Positions 1 through 14,001 are shown, counted from the first letter of the stretch. The stretch is 64,000 bases of DNA from Adineta vaga (GCA_021613535.1 CP075497.1:9672001-9736000), one strand, 5' to 3'. Program-made: numbers and translations. Notes: generated by a model not told the origin, from the letters alone.

Positions 1-1225
1 CTATGCACGTGTACTAATAATCGATTATTTGATGAATTTAGTGCTCCATTTAATGTCGGTATTGGCTTTTTTGTTTTGGCATTTTTATTCATTCTCATTA
101 AATGGCCAGAAAATTATGGAAGAAAAAGAATCTTTATAAACACTGCTCATGTTCCAGCAATGAGGCTACTTCGTGCTAGTTAGTCTATCTACTTATATAA
201 TAATCATCCTTCAATCTATTTTTAGATCCTCGAATTATTCTATGTGGTTTAAGTAATGCATTATTTCGTGCATCTTTTTATATTTGGTTAATTGAATGGA
301 CACCTACATTACAAGCAGCAACAAATAAAACATTTGCTGAACCATTACCATTAGGTTTTCTATATTCAATTTATTTAGTAAGTAGTAATATGGATTATGA
401 AATCGATGAGCATTCCTTTCTGACTATTAGCTATGTCGTCTATTGGGTTCGTTTGCTTTCGGTTCACTTATCAAACGATTTCGCGTACAAACATTTATGA
501 TGTATGTTAAAATAGAAAAGAAACACTGTTATGATAGTCATCTTATTAATATTTGTAGAGTTATTTTTCTTCTTGCCGCTATTGGATTGAGTGCACCAAT
601 TCTAACTCCGAATGTAAATGTTTGAAATTGACTTATAAAATTCGTTGGTTTCTTTTTAATTTTTTTAGGATCAATGGATTATTTTATTAGGTTTTCTTCT
701 ATTTCAAATTTGTGAAGGTATCTTTGTACCATCGATTGCTTTGTTAAGAAGCGAATATATTCCAAATGAATGTAAGCAATGAATTCTGTTCAGAAATTTC
801 TCTTCATTCAGTTCTTAGTACGAACTACATTGATGAATTATTTACGTGTACCTCAACTTATTCTCATGCTTATTATTTTACTCGGCGTAAGTATTAATAA
901 CTAACAATAAAATGAATGAAATTTTCTATATGTTTCAATTGAAATTTCTTCTAGCACTTTCCATTATCTGTCGTATTTACATCTTGTGCATATATGTTAC
1001 TAATGGCAATGTTTATCATGATGATATTAAGAAAGTTTTAGATTATATGTAGATTGATGAAATAAAAATAAAGAAAGTTGACAATTTAATTGTTATAAAT
1101 TTGATCAATTCAATAAAATGTTGATATATTATACAATCAATGTAGTTTTGAATAGAAGAAAGAAATCGATTATAATATTTCTTCTTTTCTTTTTAATATT
1201 CAGACGAAAGAGCAATGATAAATGA
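1..1225 (+). CDS. MFS transporter, MFSD5/molybdate-anion transporter-like (5'-partial, multi-exon)
   Basis: Spliced translation gives ...SAPFNVGIGFFVLAFLFILIKWPENYG..., IWLIEWTPTLQ, PLPLGFLYS, GIFVPSIALLRSEYIPNE, RTTLMNYLRVPQL, all characteristic of the MFSD5 family. The stop is either at 1041 or, via one more intron, at 1225. Confidence 0.8.
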
Positions 1226-1471
1226 TGAGTTATAACATGTACATTGAGTATCTTATTAACAGTTGTTTTTAAAATCATATATTGGAGTAAAAACTTCAAA
1301 ATTCATTATTTGACTTTCTTTTTATTTAAAAACAATGTTTTCAACTATTAACATCTAATATATTTATATTTGGTATAAAAATTATAATATAAAGATTTCC
1401 ATATAAAGAGTTACTTTTGTTCGAAAACAAAAACAGTTATTTAAAATACTATATTATTGTCGGAATATTTT

Positions 1472-2388
1472 TTAATAACGATATGGTGAGATAACTAATG
1501 ATTCACCGTGCAATTGATATCGATCAGCATGTTTAATTACATCTGCTGCTTCTTGTTCGGTATTGAAAAGCAGAAAAGCAAATCTATGAAAAGAAAACAT
1601 TTGACATTTAAAATCCAATTGAAATATTCAAACATGAGAACTATCAAATCGATAAGAACAATGTTTTATCTTACCCTGTCAAAACTTTAAATGCATTCGT
1701 TGGTTTTACTGATCCGGCTGAGCGAGAAATGACACGTGCGGGACTATATTTACTTATTTGACAACCAACGAATAAGTACTTTAAATCAAATTCATCAATA
1801 TTAGGGGGTATACGAGTCACAACAACCTTTCTGCAACGGATATCAGCATCTGTAGTGGAGAAAAATGAACGATTATTGGCAAATTCGACTCGGCAGTTAG
1901 GTCCAAGTAATAGTCGATTTATGGGTCGATAAAGATTTCGTTTAGCTTGTGAACATGTACGATGTAAAACAAAAGCATATCTAAAAAGAAATGATGAGAA
2001 AGTCTTCGAATTAATAATATATTTATGACATACCGTAGATCTGTCAGTGAATGACTTCGTTTTATCGTTACTTTTATACAATCAGGAAATTGTTTCATTA
2101 TATTAATCTTGGAAACATCAGGTCTTAATTCCGATACAAAGAGAGTTCTTCTTAAAGTAGACGATCTACTAAACAATTGTCTTGCGCCAACGCCCGTCGA
2201 ATTTTGACTAGAAACTGATGTTGAAGTTGTTCGTACAGAAGCGACTGATTCATCACTCTAAAAAAATATGAAATTTGATTCAAACTTGAAAAATAATTTC
2301 AAAGAACACATAATTATTTCAAGTCTTTCCATCGTTTTCACACAAGATTTGCGAATGAGAAAAAGTTCTACTATCGGATTGATTACCA
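1472..2388 (-). CDS. Protein with two RRM domains (4 exons)
   Basis: Splices as ATG|intron|SDESVASVRT...TLFVSELRPDV...LRYAFVLH...CRVEFA (RRM1), then KVVVTRIPPNIDEFDLKYLF...TGFAFLLFNTEQEAADVI...SPYRY* (RRM2). RNP2/RNP1-like motifs are present and the GT-AG introns are phase-compatible. Confidence 0.75.
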
Positions 2389-2648
2389 TAGATATGTACA
2401 TTGATTTTTGAAATCAAATATATAAAAGCTATTTTAGTAGTGTTCTCACTTCATAGTACATTGGGAAATATTTTTGATTTAAATGTCGATGTCAACCAAA
2501 TGTTTGTTCTGTTTACAGTAATTTATCCGCTATTACAATAGAATCTAATTACACTATAGTAACGTATCTCTCATCCTCGATATATATTATATATATATAT
2601 ATTAGTATTTTTATGATCTGTTTAGTTAACATGCAAACATAAGAATGA

Positions 2649-4892
2649 TTAAGAAACTGATGCGTGGCACAAGCAAAATTTTTCGAATTGGAGGTGCACT
2701 GAAGAAATATTAGGTGTATTCTAAGATAATAATTCTTGTTAATTTCTGCATTTTTTGCGTCACAATCTCACTATCCTCTTTTGACAAGCTGAAAATTAGC
2801 GATTGTCTATAATAATTGTTACCTACCGTTGTGAAAATGTCGTCATCAAATGGCAATAATTCCATCAATTCTTCATATGAAAGATTTCGATCATTTAGAT
2901 TGTGATCATAAGTAATATCTCCAAATAGACTTGTAAATGGTGTATTATTGCAACAAAATTCTTTTGTACGATCATCTGCATCTAATAAACTTTCGTTCAT
3001 TACTAGATCATCAATGGATATATCAGATAGCGTTGTCATGGATACAGGTGGGAAACTACCTTGACTAAAATATAAATTTAAAAAAAGTAATATAAACATT
3101 ACCAAAAGATGAAAACTGTTAACTGAACTTTCTCACTATCGCCTGTTTTTATCAAATCTTTTAAAAATTTTTATATAATCACTTACTTGATCTAAGAATC
3201 TATTGCTCCTTATCTCTTACCAAAGATTCCGTTCATTAGTATCACTTTATATTCGTACACTAATATTCTCAAGTTCTGTCATACTCTCATTTTGAAGAAG
3301 TTTTGTGTTAAAATAAATTACTTACTCGATTAATTCATAATAAACTTGAGAATTATCAATATTAGATTGATTATCATCGTCTTTCAATGTACCAATGCTC
3401 AAAGTTGGTGTCCGTAATGATAATATAGGTAATTGACTAATTGACTCGAGTTTTTCTTGCAGAACAGGAATTTCTGTATGTGCAGAAAATGTGTTATCAA
3501 CTAAAAAAAAGACAAACAAATAAATGTTTTCTTTTGTACCACTAGAATGATCTATAGAAAACTGTATATCCCATTTGCATGTATGTATATAGTTCATATA
3601 AAGTAATTCAGAACTGGAAAAACTATCAATGACGAAAGACATATCAATTAGCACACCATAAATTAATTATTACTCATTCACGACATATAATAATCATCGT
3701 TTCTATTTAAGTTCATTAAATGCTTCTCTCAGTCATAGGACACAATACTTGTGTCATTCAGTTTAAAATGTACTAAGGAAAAAAATCTTACCATGCATTG
3801 AATCATTTATGAGACTATTGGGTGTTTGCAAAATAATCATATCTAGATCGTTGTCATCTAAAAATATTCATAATAATGTAAAATAAATCGTTATAAATAT
3901 TTAATCAAACCTTTGCATAGGATTAATTTATCATCATTCGTCTTGGTGAGATAATTCTTTATGTATTTTTTGATTAATACAGGACGAAATGTATTCACAT
4001 CAATGATGTTTTCAAAACGTTTATCAGAAATTTCACATAGACATGATTTATTCTGTTTATGGGCATGTCCATCTTGTATCCAACTAGGTAATGCAAATTC
4101 GATGAATTCACTCCAACTAGCATTTTCAGTAAAACTTTGTGCAAGAGTTCCAGCTGCTAAAATAACAAATTCATTTGGTTTTTGAATAATTCGATGATAA
4201 CGAATCTGATGTTTATCTAATAACGATGGATGAATAAAGACTTGTCCATGATCAAAACAATGATTAGGAATAATTTCTTGTAATTCTTTCCGTTCACGTG
4301 TAGGTATAACAAACCAATGATGATTTCCACCTTCATGATGATAATCAATCGTAAAAAGATTTTGTCGAGCTGAACGTAATGGAAATATAGCATTTGATCC
4401 ATAAGCTCTCTTTACACAGGGTTTACATTCTTGTATAACTTTTCTTTTTCCAATTCTGAGAAGTGATTGAGAAGGTATAACATGAATGTCAAACAATTTT
4501 CGAGATGCTTTACAATAAAAGAAACTTTTATTTGGTATTAATAAACTATTCAATGGTTGTGGATTGTTTCTCATTGTTGATAATGATGACCAAAAAGTAG
4601 TTTCATCTGATACAATTGAATTTTCAATCGAAGTTCTATCATGACGATCAAAACAATTGACTGTGTAGAAAAGATCGTTTCGACCTTTCATTAAACATCG
4701 ATTATTCTTGGTAGATATGGTTTGATCTTTTGATCGTTTCTTTAAAGCTAAACAACAACTATTATCCAATTGAATTTTCAATGCACCATATTCGTTTAAT
4801 ATGTGTTCACGTTGGTAAATAAACTTCATAAGATTTTCAAGGTCATCTTTGTTTACTTTAAATGTTGGCACATCCATTGAAATTGATGACAT
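2649..4892 (-). CDS. KDM4/KDM5-type JmjN+JmjC protein lacking the Fe(II)-binding residues, with an acidic low-complexity tail (multi-exon)
   Basis: JmjN-like VPTFKVNKDDLENLMKFIYQREHILNEYGALKI; JmjC-like FPLRSARQNLFTIDYHHEGGNHHWFVIP and IQKPNEFVILAAGTLAQSFTENASWSEFIEFALPSW. Phase-compatible downstream exons at ~3790-3857, 3326-3500, 3221-3244 and 2826-3064; the 3' end is uncertain. Confidence 0.75.
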
Positions 4893-6766
4893 ACTTATTC
4901 AAACTATCTGAAAGAAAAAAAAGTAACAAATTTTAATTTAAAATCTTTATTAATAGCAGTTATATATGTATATATATATACTTATGTCAAGTTGCAATTG
5001 AATCATTGTACTACTGATTTCAAAAAGGTACTTACCTACCTACGCATACTTGTGTAGGAAGGAATATACAACACAAAATATGCATATAGGGAGTATTAAA
5101 ATCAATAAATATGTAGTTTTATGAAAAAACATATTTATCTAAATTAAGTATGATATTGCTGTTCGATCGTTTTTAATTCATTTCTTAGTATCGAACAATA
5201 ATTATCTGAAATAAAATGACCTTCTGATTATATGTGATGTCAAGCGAATCTTAAAGAGAAGAAAGTATTGTTCTTAATACTATATTTTACCCAAAATACT
5301 GAAAGTTAAGCGTAAAAAGAAAATCGTTTCTCATACAGTATAATTACCCTTGATTAAGTTCGATACCTTACTGATTGAAAAGAGCGAAGTTAACATTAGT
5401 AATAGAATTCAATTTTTTAATAATTATATTGCTTATCTCATATGTTGTTTACTTCAATCTAATCTCGTGAGTGCAACGTCTTATAAGTATATTCATATTA
5501 ACGATGCATTTCTCAAAGTAAGGATCACATTCAATGATAAAGTAGTGATTGTAACGTCTAAAAAATGTGTTGTTTACATGAGCTAACGGTGGGACGAAAC
5601 ATTTTCTGTCTTTCACGCTTGAATACGCTTCTTACCGTATTTCTCCTTAGAGAGTAATGTTTATTTCGTATACCAATCACCATTTGCTCCATTTTCTTTT
5701 ACTTAGTATAAGTTTGCATCCACATTCTTATATTTTTTGTTTACAACATTTCTCTAATTTCAGAGTATGTTTAAGATAAATCTTATTGTAAGATGTATTA
5801 ACGTTCAAATGAAAATAGTAATACATATCTTATGGGAAAATGTAAGGATACATAAAAACTAATCCATTTTCGAAGTCAACATGAAATATTTTCTGTTGAG
5901 ATTGTAGATCATACATAAGAAATTGATTTATCTCAAGGATTTTTTTATAAAGTATCCGTTTTTATCTATCAAAAAGAACAATATTGTTGTAGGCTCGCGA
6001 CGGCCGTTTGGTGATACATTTTCCCTTGACAAATTGATAAAAGTACACAATTCGAAATGTTGTAAATCATCTGTAGAAACTCAAAACAAACTAGAAAAGA
6101 AATAGCTATTCTTTCCGTATGTCATTACCGATTATGCTCACTATATATTATGTGAACAAAATTACATTCTCCAATAACCTTGTACAGCTGTCAGTCATTA
6201 TTTACTGCACCCTAATGTCAATATATTTCGTCGTGTCAAATCAAATATGTAAAAAAATATCGCTGAAAGAAAAAGATTTTCCAAACTACAACAAAGAATA
6301 ATATGACAGAAAGTATTTAATTGCGAGCAACATATTTTCTATATTTATATTCATGGGATTTTGAGAATATTCAAGAAATTTATCAAACAAAAATCATCAA
6401 ATTATACTCTGTATTCAAGTCTTTCTCTTTCTTCGTTATTGCTCTACCTGTGATTTAACATGTTACAATATGAATGATACGCCGACTCGCTCCGAAACCT
6501 AATTCGTACATATTTACATTTTTCTCTTTGGACCACAGTGCAGAATACAAAATATACGCACCTGTATTTTATCATTGTGATTGCTTTTAGCAACAAAATA
6601 AATCTTTTGTAACCTAAGTAGTGGACCGAATCAATCAATCATTTCTGAGATGAAACTGAATTTATACAAAACGAATGTGAAATATTTTCATTCTTTATTT
6701 AAATTTAATTAATATAACAACACGATCTATTTTTATTCTAAACTTGAAATAATTTTTAGTTTATAT

Positions 6767-8868
6767 TCAAGCCATACTTTCATCACTCATTTCAACAGAA
6801 GTATCCAGTTGTATCTCAATATGTTCACAATCGACTTGAGCTACTGATAGATAATCTACGATATCTTGATCATCAATAACTAATACCTTTTCAACAGGTG
6901 TTTTCAAACTAAACAGAAGTAAGTTTCAGATATAATGAAAGACATTTTACGTTTGAAATTATTCTTACCAACATAAAATAATCATACATAACATTGCTGA
7001 TAATGACATGAAAACCCAAAGAAAGAACACGATAGTTAATGAAAAATGCTAAAACGATAAAAAGTAATTCACAATGGAAAATGCATAGTCTAAGAATGTT
7101 TGTTTATTTAAACTTACAGAAAGTAAAATTCCTAGGACGAGAAGAAGTTGTGGCACACGTAGATAATTCATTGCTGTTGCTCGAACTAAGTAAAAAGAAC
7201 AATGAATTAAAATAATAAAGGAAGTTTTTTTTAGTATATTTTACTTTCATCAGGAATGTATTCACTTCTCAGAAAACCTGATGCTGGTCGATAAACACCA
7301 AAGCAAAATTCATACAAACAAAAACCAATCATAATAGGCCATTGTTCCTTGAATAGTTATAAATAATATCAATTTGAATCAAGTCAACTGAACACTTACA
7401 TTTGGAAGAAAGATTGGCACACTTAGTCCTATGCCCGCAAGACAAAAGATGATTCTATCAAATGATTCGAATGCGAAGAAAAAAACATTTCTCGATTATT
7501 TAAAGAAATCTTACATCATAAAAGATTCTGTTCGAAATCGTTCAGCTAATAGACCGAAAGCAATTGTACCAAGAAAACGAGATAACTATATAAAAAGACA
7601 ATATTTCGATTCGAACGAGATCAAACTAATTCTTACTAATTGTCCAGCGAAACAAAAGCCTAAAGGTATTGGATTGTAGATGAGCATACTTTTGGCATTT
7701 TGTAATGCTGGTGTCCATTCAATTCCATAGATATAACTAGTTGCTTCGAAAAAAGACGTACAAAATCCAAGTAAGATAATACGATAATCTAACATAAACA
7801 AAAGAATTATTTATTGTAATTCTGAAAAGACTTTACTTAACCACTTCGAAGTGTATGAAAACCTGAAGTTAACGAAGCAACAGATGACATTTGTTTATTT
7901 CCGTGATTTTCTGGCCATGTACATGCTATGAAAATCATCATAACAATTAGACATCCAATAGCTACATTGAATGGTGCACTAAAACAAGACAAAATAATTA
8001 TTTATCTAAATGATATTCTACACTTACATATAACCGAACGATTGCACCAAAAATTGAGAGGCAAAAGCTACTCCAATTGATGCAAAAATCTTGATTAGAG
8101 CTTTATAAAGAGACAAAATAAGCATAATGCTTCCATTCTTTTTTTAATTAGTAGTACTTACATGTATTGCGTAGTATATGTTTAAGTAATAGTGGATCTA
8201 GAGAGAGCTAATAATTTGAGATAGTATTTCAAATAATTATCAAATTTACAAACATACTTTTCGATATTCAGTGATAAGCCATGCTTCAAAAACTGTTTGA
8301 TCAAGTGCACTAGCTATACCCCATGGTATAGTTGCAATAGCAAGAATATGTTTTGAAGGAAAATGCTATAGAATTCATTATTATAACAATAAAATTAAAC
8401 TGATATTGTTTATACATACAAATGAAAGACAATACAGAATATAGAAGATTCCAAAGAGAATACATGCTAATCGACGTCCACTAAAATGAGAAATATCTTA
8501 CGTTTTAATCCAAATTTCAAACACGAAAACTAAACGTACATTTTATCAGCGAGAGAAGCAATAAAAGTTCCAATAAATAATGCTGATCCATAGTAAATAA
8601 CATAGAATAATTCAATTGTCGATCGACTAATTCCATAACTTTGATAGATTGCATATCGATACGCACCTGGTAAATGATTTGCAGCTATTTACAGAACAAT
8701 TATATAGCTGAGTAGATTGAATGGATCAAATTGTTCTATATATTTACCTCCCATAAGAAAGTTTCCAGCTAAGTAGGTCCATTGTAGTCGTTTGAAAGTA
8801 GATGGAGGTGAAGAATCTTTCTCACATATGGGTTTGTCACTATTTATCGTACATTGAGTTTCCGCCAT
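6767..8868 (-). CDS. MFS transporter, MFSD5-like paralog (many exons)
   Basis: FKRLQWTYLAGNFLM, IASLADK..GRRLAC, LDQTVFEAWL, APFNVA, WPENHG, FFEATSYIYGIEWTPALQ, RPASGFLRSEYIPDE, RATAMNYLRVPQL. Confidence 0.85.
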
Positions 8869-9553
8869 CACCACGTTTTGTCTAAATACATTTACAACTA
8901 TTACGCTGACATACCATTATATATTCTTTTTCTTTTTTTCGTTCTGCCTGTATAAGTGACCTTTCAACTCTGTAGTATGTTCTCAATAAGACTGTATTAA
9001 TTTCGATTATCTCAGACATTTATTCATATAAGATCTTATCAGTTAGTCAAAGCTTACAAGATTCTATGAGGCCTAATTTTATACGTATATGTTCGAAGAC
9101 GAATAAATTTATGTTTTCAATCATCGTTCTTTTTTTTTGAAACTTATCAATATGACATCATCTTTCTCTTTGATAAAAAAAACAAACTACGAACACATTT
9201 CAAGCTATTTTACAATAATCTTATTGATTACGTAACTTTCATTAGTATAACGCCTATCTTTCCTAGTGTTTCAACATATGTGAGTACTATCATCAGTTAA
9301 ATAAATAAAAAAAGAATCTTACTTCAGCTATCAATATTGAGAATTACAGTAAGTAACCAACAAATTTTGTCAAAATTTATGTTCAAGATTCGAAATGATG
9401 AGGCTAGTGCTTCACGTTTTGTTCGAAATAGTCTGTATTCTTCTTGACGAAAAGATAAATCTAGAATAGTATATATATCTATGTAAATCAACTTTTTTAA
9501 AAAGATACTGTATCATTATAATAACAAAAATATTAACAATTTAATATGATTTT

Positions 9554-10919
9554 TCAAGTAAAGTTCATTTCTTTTAGTAATGTTTTAGCCCAATGTTCAG
9601 AAGTATTATTAATTATTGTATTGAACAGATTTTTCTGTATTGTTCTTCGTTCGACTTCGGACATTTCAAATGCTTTCTTGATTAGATGAGCTAATTCATC
9701 ACAATTAACTGGATTGAATTGCATTGGTGTCCTGAATATCGAAGAACATCCTGCAAATTTACTAAGAAGTAAAACACCACTATGATCTTTTTGTGCTGCA
9801 ATATATTCAAATGCTACTAGATTCAATCCATCAGCCAATAAAGATACAATGCATATATCAGCTGAACGATAAAGTGCGACTAGATAATGAAAGTCAACAG
9901 ATTCATGTCGATATTCGATTACTCGACCATGTTTTTCATTTAAGGAAGTACATAAAGATGCAACTCGTGATTCATAGTCTTTATATATAGAAATATTCTC
10001 ACGACTTGGTACAGCAATTTGTTCGAATATCACATTGTTGTCGCTGTTTTCAAGAAAGATATCATATACTTTGAACTTCAAATCAAGTCCTTTGATACAA
10101 TCAATTCGATCGAAACCAATAATCAATTTTTACCATTGTATTTTTCAGCAATTCGGTTCATTTCATACTTGGTTCTATCAGTTTCTAATGAATTATAGAT
10201 TGTCTTTGGTTGAATACTAAAGATTGAGTTTCGAATTTGAACCATTCGTCCTTTATGATGAATTATATCTAACGGTTTGATATTTAATAATTCATAACAA
10301 GTATTAAGAAAGTTTTTCTTGTCTTTTAATGTATGAAATTCAACCAATCAGCTTGCAAAAGAGAATCACATATTTGTTCCCAGTGTGGAACCATTCGAAA
10401 TGTTTCGTGATATGGCCAACACATATGTAAGAAAAATGCAGTTTTTATTGATTTTCTACATTTCATTCGAATAAGTTTTGGTAGAAGCATTAGATGATAA
10501 TCATGTATCCAAATAGTATCACCATCTTCAATAGTTTCTAAGATTTTATTTGCAAATAATTCATTTGCTTTAACATATGCTTCAAAATATGTTTCACGAT
10601 ATTCACTTTCAGAAATAAATTCATGTAATATTGGCCATATCGTTCCATTACAATACTTTTCATAATAAAGATTTGCAAGTTCTGCTGTCAGATAAGCTGG
10701 TAGACACTCAAAATTTTCGTTTGATTCTTCTTCTACTTGTTTTTCTGCCGATTTATCAACTTCTAATCTTGGCCAACCGATCCATAGAAATTGTACTGTT
10801 TCGCGAACACTTTCCAAACAGCTTTTAAGACCACCACTACTGGGTTTAAATGCATACAAATGATTACTTTTTGCAATGGTGACTGGAAGACGATTTGATA
10901 CATTGATTATTTTACCCAT
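9554..10919 (-). pseudogene. TPS: Trehalose-6-phosphate synthase (GT20, TPS1/OtsA type, no TPP domain), intronless, split by two 1-nt frameshifts; pseudogene or assembly error
   Basis: Motifs VSNRLPV, SSGGL, WIGWP, IWIHDYHLMLLP, FFLH, D-x-x-x-FHT, GFDRIDCIKG, QIAVPSR, LVALYRSAD, DGLNLVAFEY and LLSKFAG lie across three overlapping ORFs. Adding one base near 10346 and one near 10128 restores a ~455-aa frame. Confidence 0.9.
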
Positions 10920-12302
10920 ATGATAATTTATTTACTTATTGAATAACTGTAGATTGCATACGTTGATGTATTCATATTAAAAAAATATACATTGTGCAAA
11001 AGTTTATATATCTAATAGTGACACTGTAATTAAGGCGTGCATTGATCCGTTATCTTATGACTTCATATTAATCAGATACATTATGACTTTCGTGTTGCTC
11101 TGATATGTAATACAACGGGAAGAAAGGATGGAAAATTAAATTGAAGTATTTGATTTTCAAGAGTAGATACTTCGAAATTATTAATGAACATTTTGAGAAA
11201 ACATTTACAAACGAAATGATGAAAATATATAGATATATATTTGTTTTCTCTGACGTAAAGTAGACTGAACAAATGAATCAATATATGCCAATCACTTCGT
11301 CTGAAAAAACCTCTTTGGTAGTACCATTTACTGTTAGTTGAAGAGTATCTTTCCCTAAAAATCAGATAATTAAAGTCAGTTTCTCAGATATCATGTGAAA
11401 ACATCCTTTTTCTATCAGGTCAACACAAAATACGAAATTGTAATCTACTTTTGTGTAATAACAAAATCAAAACAATTGTTTCACGTATCTAATCTACATA
11501 TCATTTGATTTAACAACACATTACAAAATTCTTCTGATAGGATTCAATTCATCGTCATCATTTTTATTGAAATTCGAAGTGACTGTACAAAACAGAACTG
11601 ATTATGTTCTGTAATTGTCAACGAGACTCTAAGAGGTCAAAATCAAATAAATTAATGAATCAGAATGAAAATGAAGTAGATTAAATGTCAATATAAACTA
11701 ACATGCATCGATTCATATACGATACAAACAACCTTCATTGCAATTTCAGGATCAAATATTTCGATAATAATATTAACAAAGATACTTCAATTCTACCATT
11801 CAGTGGAACTTTTTTTGTCCTATTTTTTCAACAATTTATGTTCATTATATTTAGACTCTTCTCATATTATGTTTTAACGATTAAATACGAAATAAGGTTC
11901 ATCAATATATAAAATACAATATGTATCTTTCTGTTTCAATAATTGTAAAATCAACTACATTCTAATTCTAACGAATACATAAGTTGTAATTATACAATAG
12001 TTATATCTACTATCAAAAAGTGCGGACAATGGATATTAGCGCCCTCTTTAAACAACAATTTTGTCCTATTCACGTATTCGATTCTTTCCAAAAAGGTTTT
12101 TTTTATCGCCGAGGCGAGACACAGGCACGAAAGGCATCACTAGAGTCGAATGTACCTACAACAACCAATCTAAAAATTATCTTTCATGGGTTTATTTTTC
12201 AATATATTTACGATACTAAATAATATATTTTGATTTAAAGGTCATCATCACACCTAATTATTTTGCATATTTTTTCAGAACTTTGCTCCAATATAAATAA
12301 AC

Positions 12303-14001
12303 ATGAGTGTTAGTCGAACACTTAGTTTAACTAGTAAACATAATCTATGGGTTATATCTCAAGCTTTTCGTTTAGCTTCAACCAAGTAAATAATTAAATA
12401 TTAATTCACTATAAAGATAAAAAAATGAGAATTAATTATTGTTTAGTGCATGGTGGTCAAATGTTGAAATGGGTCCACCTGATGCAATTCTTGGTGTTAC
12501 CGAAGCTTTTAAACGAGATACTAATCCTAAAAAAAGTATTTCCAAACAAACTTTCATTGATTATGTAAATTAAAATCCTTTTTCTTTTAAGTTAATTTGG
12601 GTGTCGGAGCATATCGTTCCGACGAAGGCAAACCATTTGTTCTTGAAAGTGTAAGAAAAGCTGAACAATTAATCGAAAAAGAAAATCTTGACAAAGAATA
12701 TGCACCTATTTCTGGTCTACCTGAATTTTGTCAAGCAAGTGCTAAATTAGCTTTTGGTGACAATTCAAGAGTTGTCAAAGATCAATTAGTAAGACAAAGA
12801 TAACAAATAATATCCTTTCTCTACTGATTCTTTGTTTTAGTTTGCAACTGTTCAAGGTATTAGTGGAACTGGTTCTCTTCGTATCGGAGCTGCTTTTCTT
12901 GTAAATAAATAATTCTAGTCCGTATGGTTCTTTTTATAGAATGAACGTTTTATTTATTTTAGGCAAAATTTTTCCCTGGTAATAAAGTTGTTTATTTACC
13001 GAATCCATCATGGGGTAATCATACACCAATTATGAAACATGCTGGACTTGATGTTAAATCTTATCGATATTATGATACAAAAACATGTGGTTTCGATTTT
13101 AATGGTGCAAAAGAAGATATTGAAAAGATTCCAGAAAATTCAATTATTCTTTTTCATGCTTGTGCTGTAAGTTATTTTGTTTTTATGTTCAAAAAGAGAA
13201 AAGACAGCGATCAATCGATTATCTTTAGCATAATCCAACAGGTGTTGATCCACGACCTGAACAATGGAAAGAATTATCTGCTATTGTTAAAAAACGAAAA
13301 TTACTTGTCTTTATGGATATGGCTTATCAAGGATTTGCTAGTGGAAATATTGATGATGATGCATTTGCTGTTCGACAATTTGTTGAAGATAAACACAACT
13401 TAGTTTTAGCACAATCCTATGCAAAAAACATGGGTAAATTTAGTGGTTTTCATTTTTTTTTGGTTTCTTAAGAAATAATTCATTACAGGTCTGTATGGTG
13501 AACGTGTTGGTGCTTTTACAGTTGTTTGTGAAGATAAGGAAGAAGTTGATCGAGTTATGTCTCAATTGAAAATTTTAATTCGTCCAATGTATTCAAATCC
13601 ACCAGTTCATGGTGCACGAATTGCAGCAAGAATTTTAAATCAACAAGATCTTCGTTCCTTATGGTTAAAAGAAGTTAAACAAATGGCTGATCGTATTATC
13701 ACAATGCGTCAACAATTAACAGATAATTTGAAAAAAAATGGATCTAAAAAGAATTGGCAACATATTACTGATCAAATCGGCATGTTTTGCTTTACTGGAC
13801 TTAATCCTCAACAAGTAAAAAAGATCCTTCTTTTTATTTACACAGATAATTCATAATTATGATCGTTTGTTTCTTTAGTCTGAACGATTAACCAAAGATT
13901 TTTCAGTTTATTTAACTAAAGATGGTCGTATTTCAATGGCTGGTGTCACATCGAAAAATAATGCCTATTTAGCAAATGCTATTCATGAAGTTACCAAATA
14001 A
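12303..14001 (+). CDS. GOT2: Mitochondrial aspartate aminotransferase
   Basis: N-terminal presequence, then [51 protein letters not shown] lysine in [16 protein letters not shown], and C-terminal DGRISMAG...AIHEVTK*. Confidence 0.97.

Noticed and set aside
10120-10350. Programmed ribosomal frameshifting in TPS
   Set aside because: There is no canonical X XXY YYZ slippery heptamer or evident stimulatory structure, two shifts would be needed, and conserved residues are also degraded.
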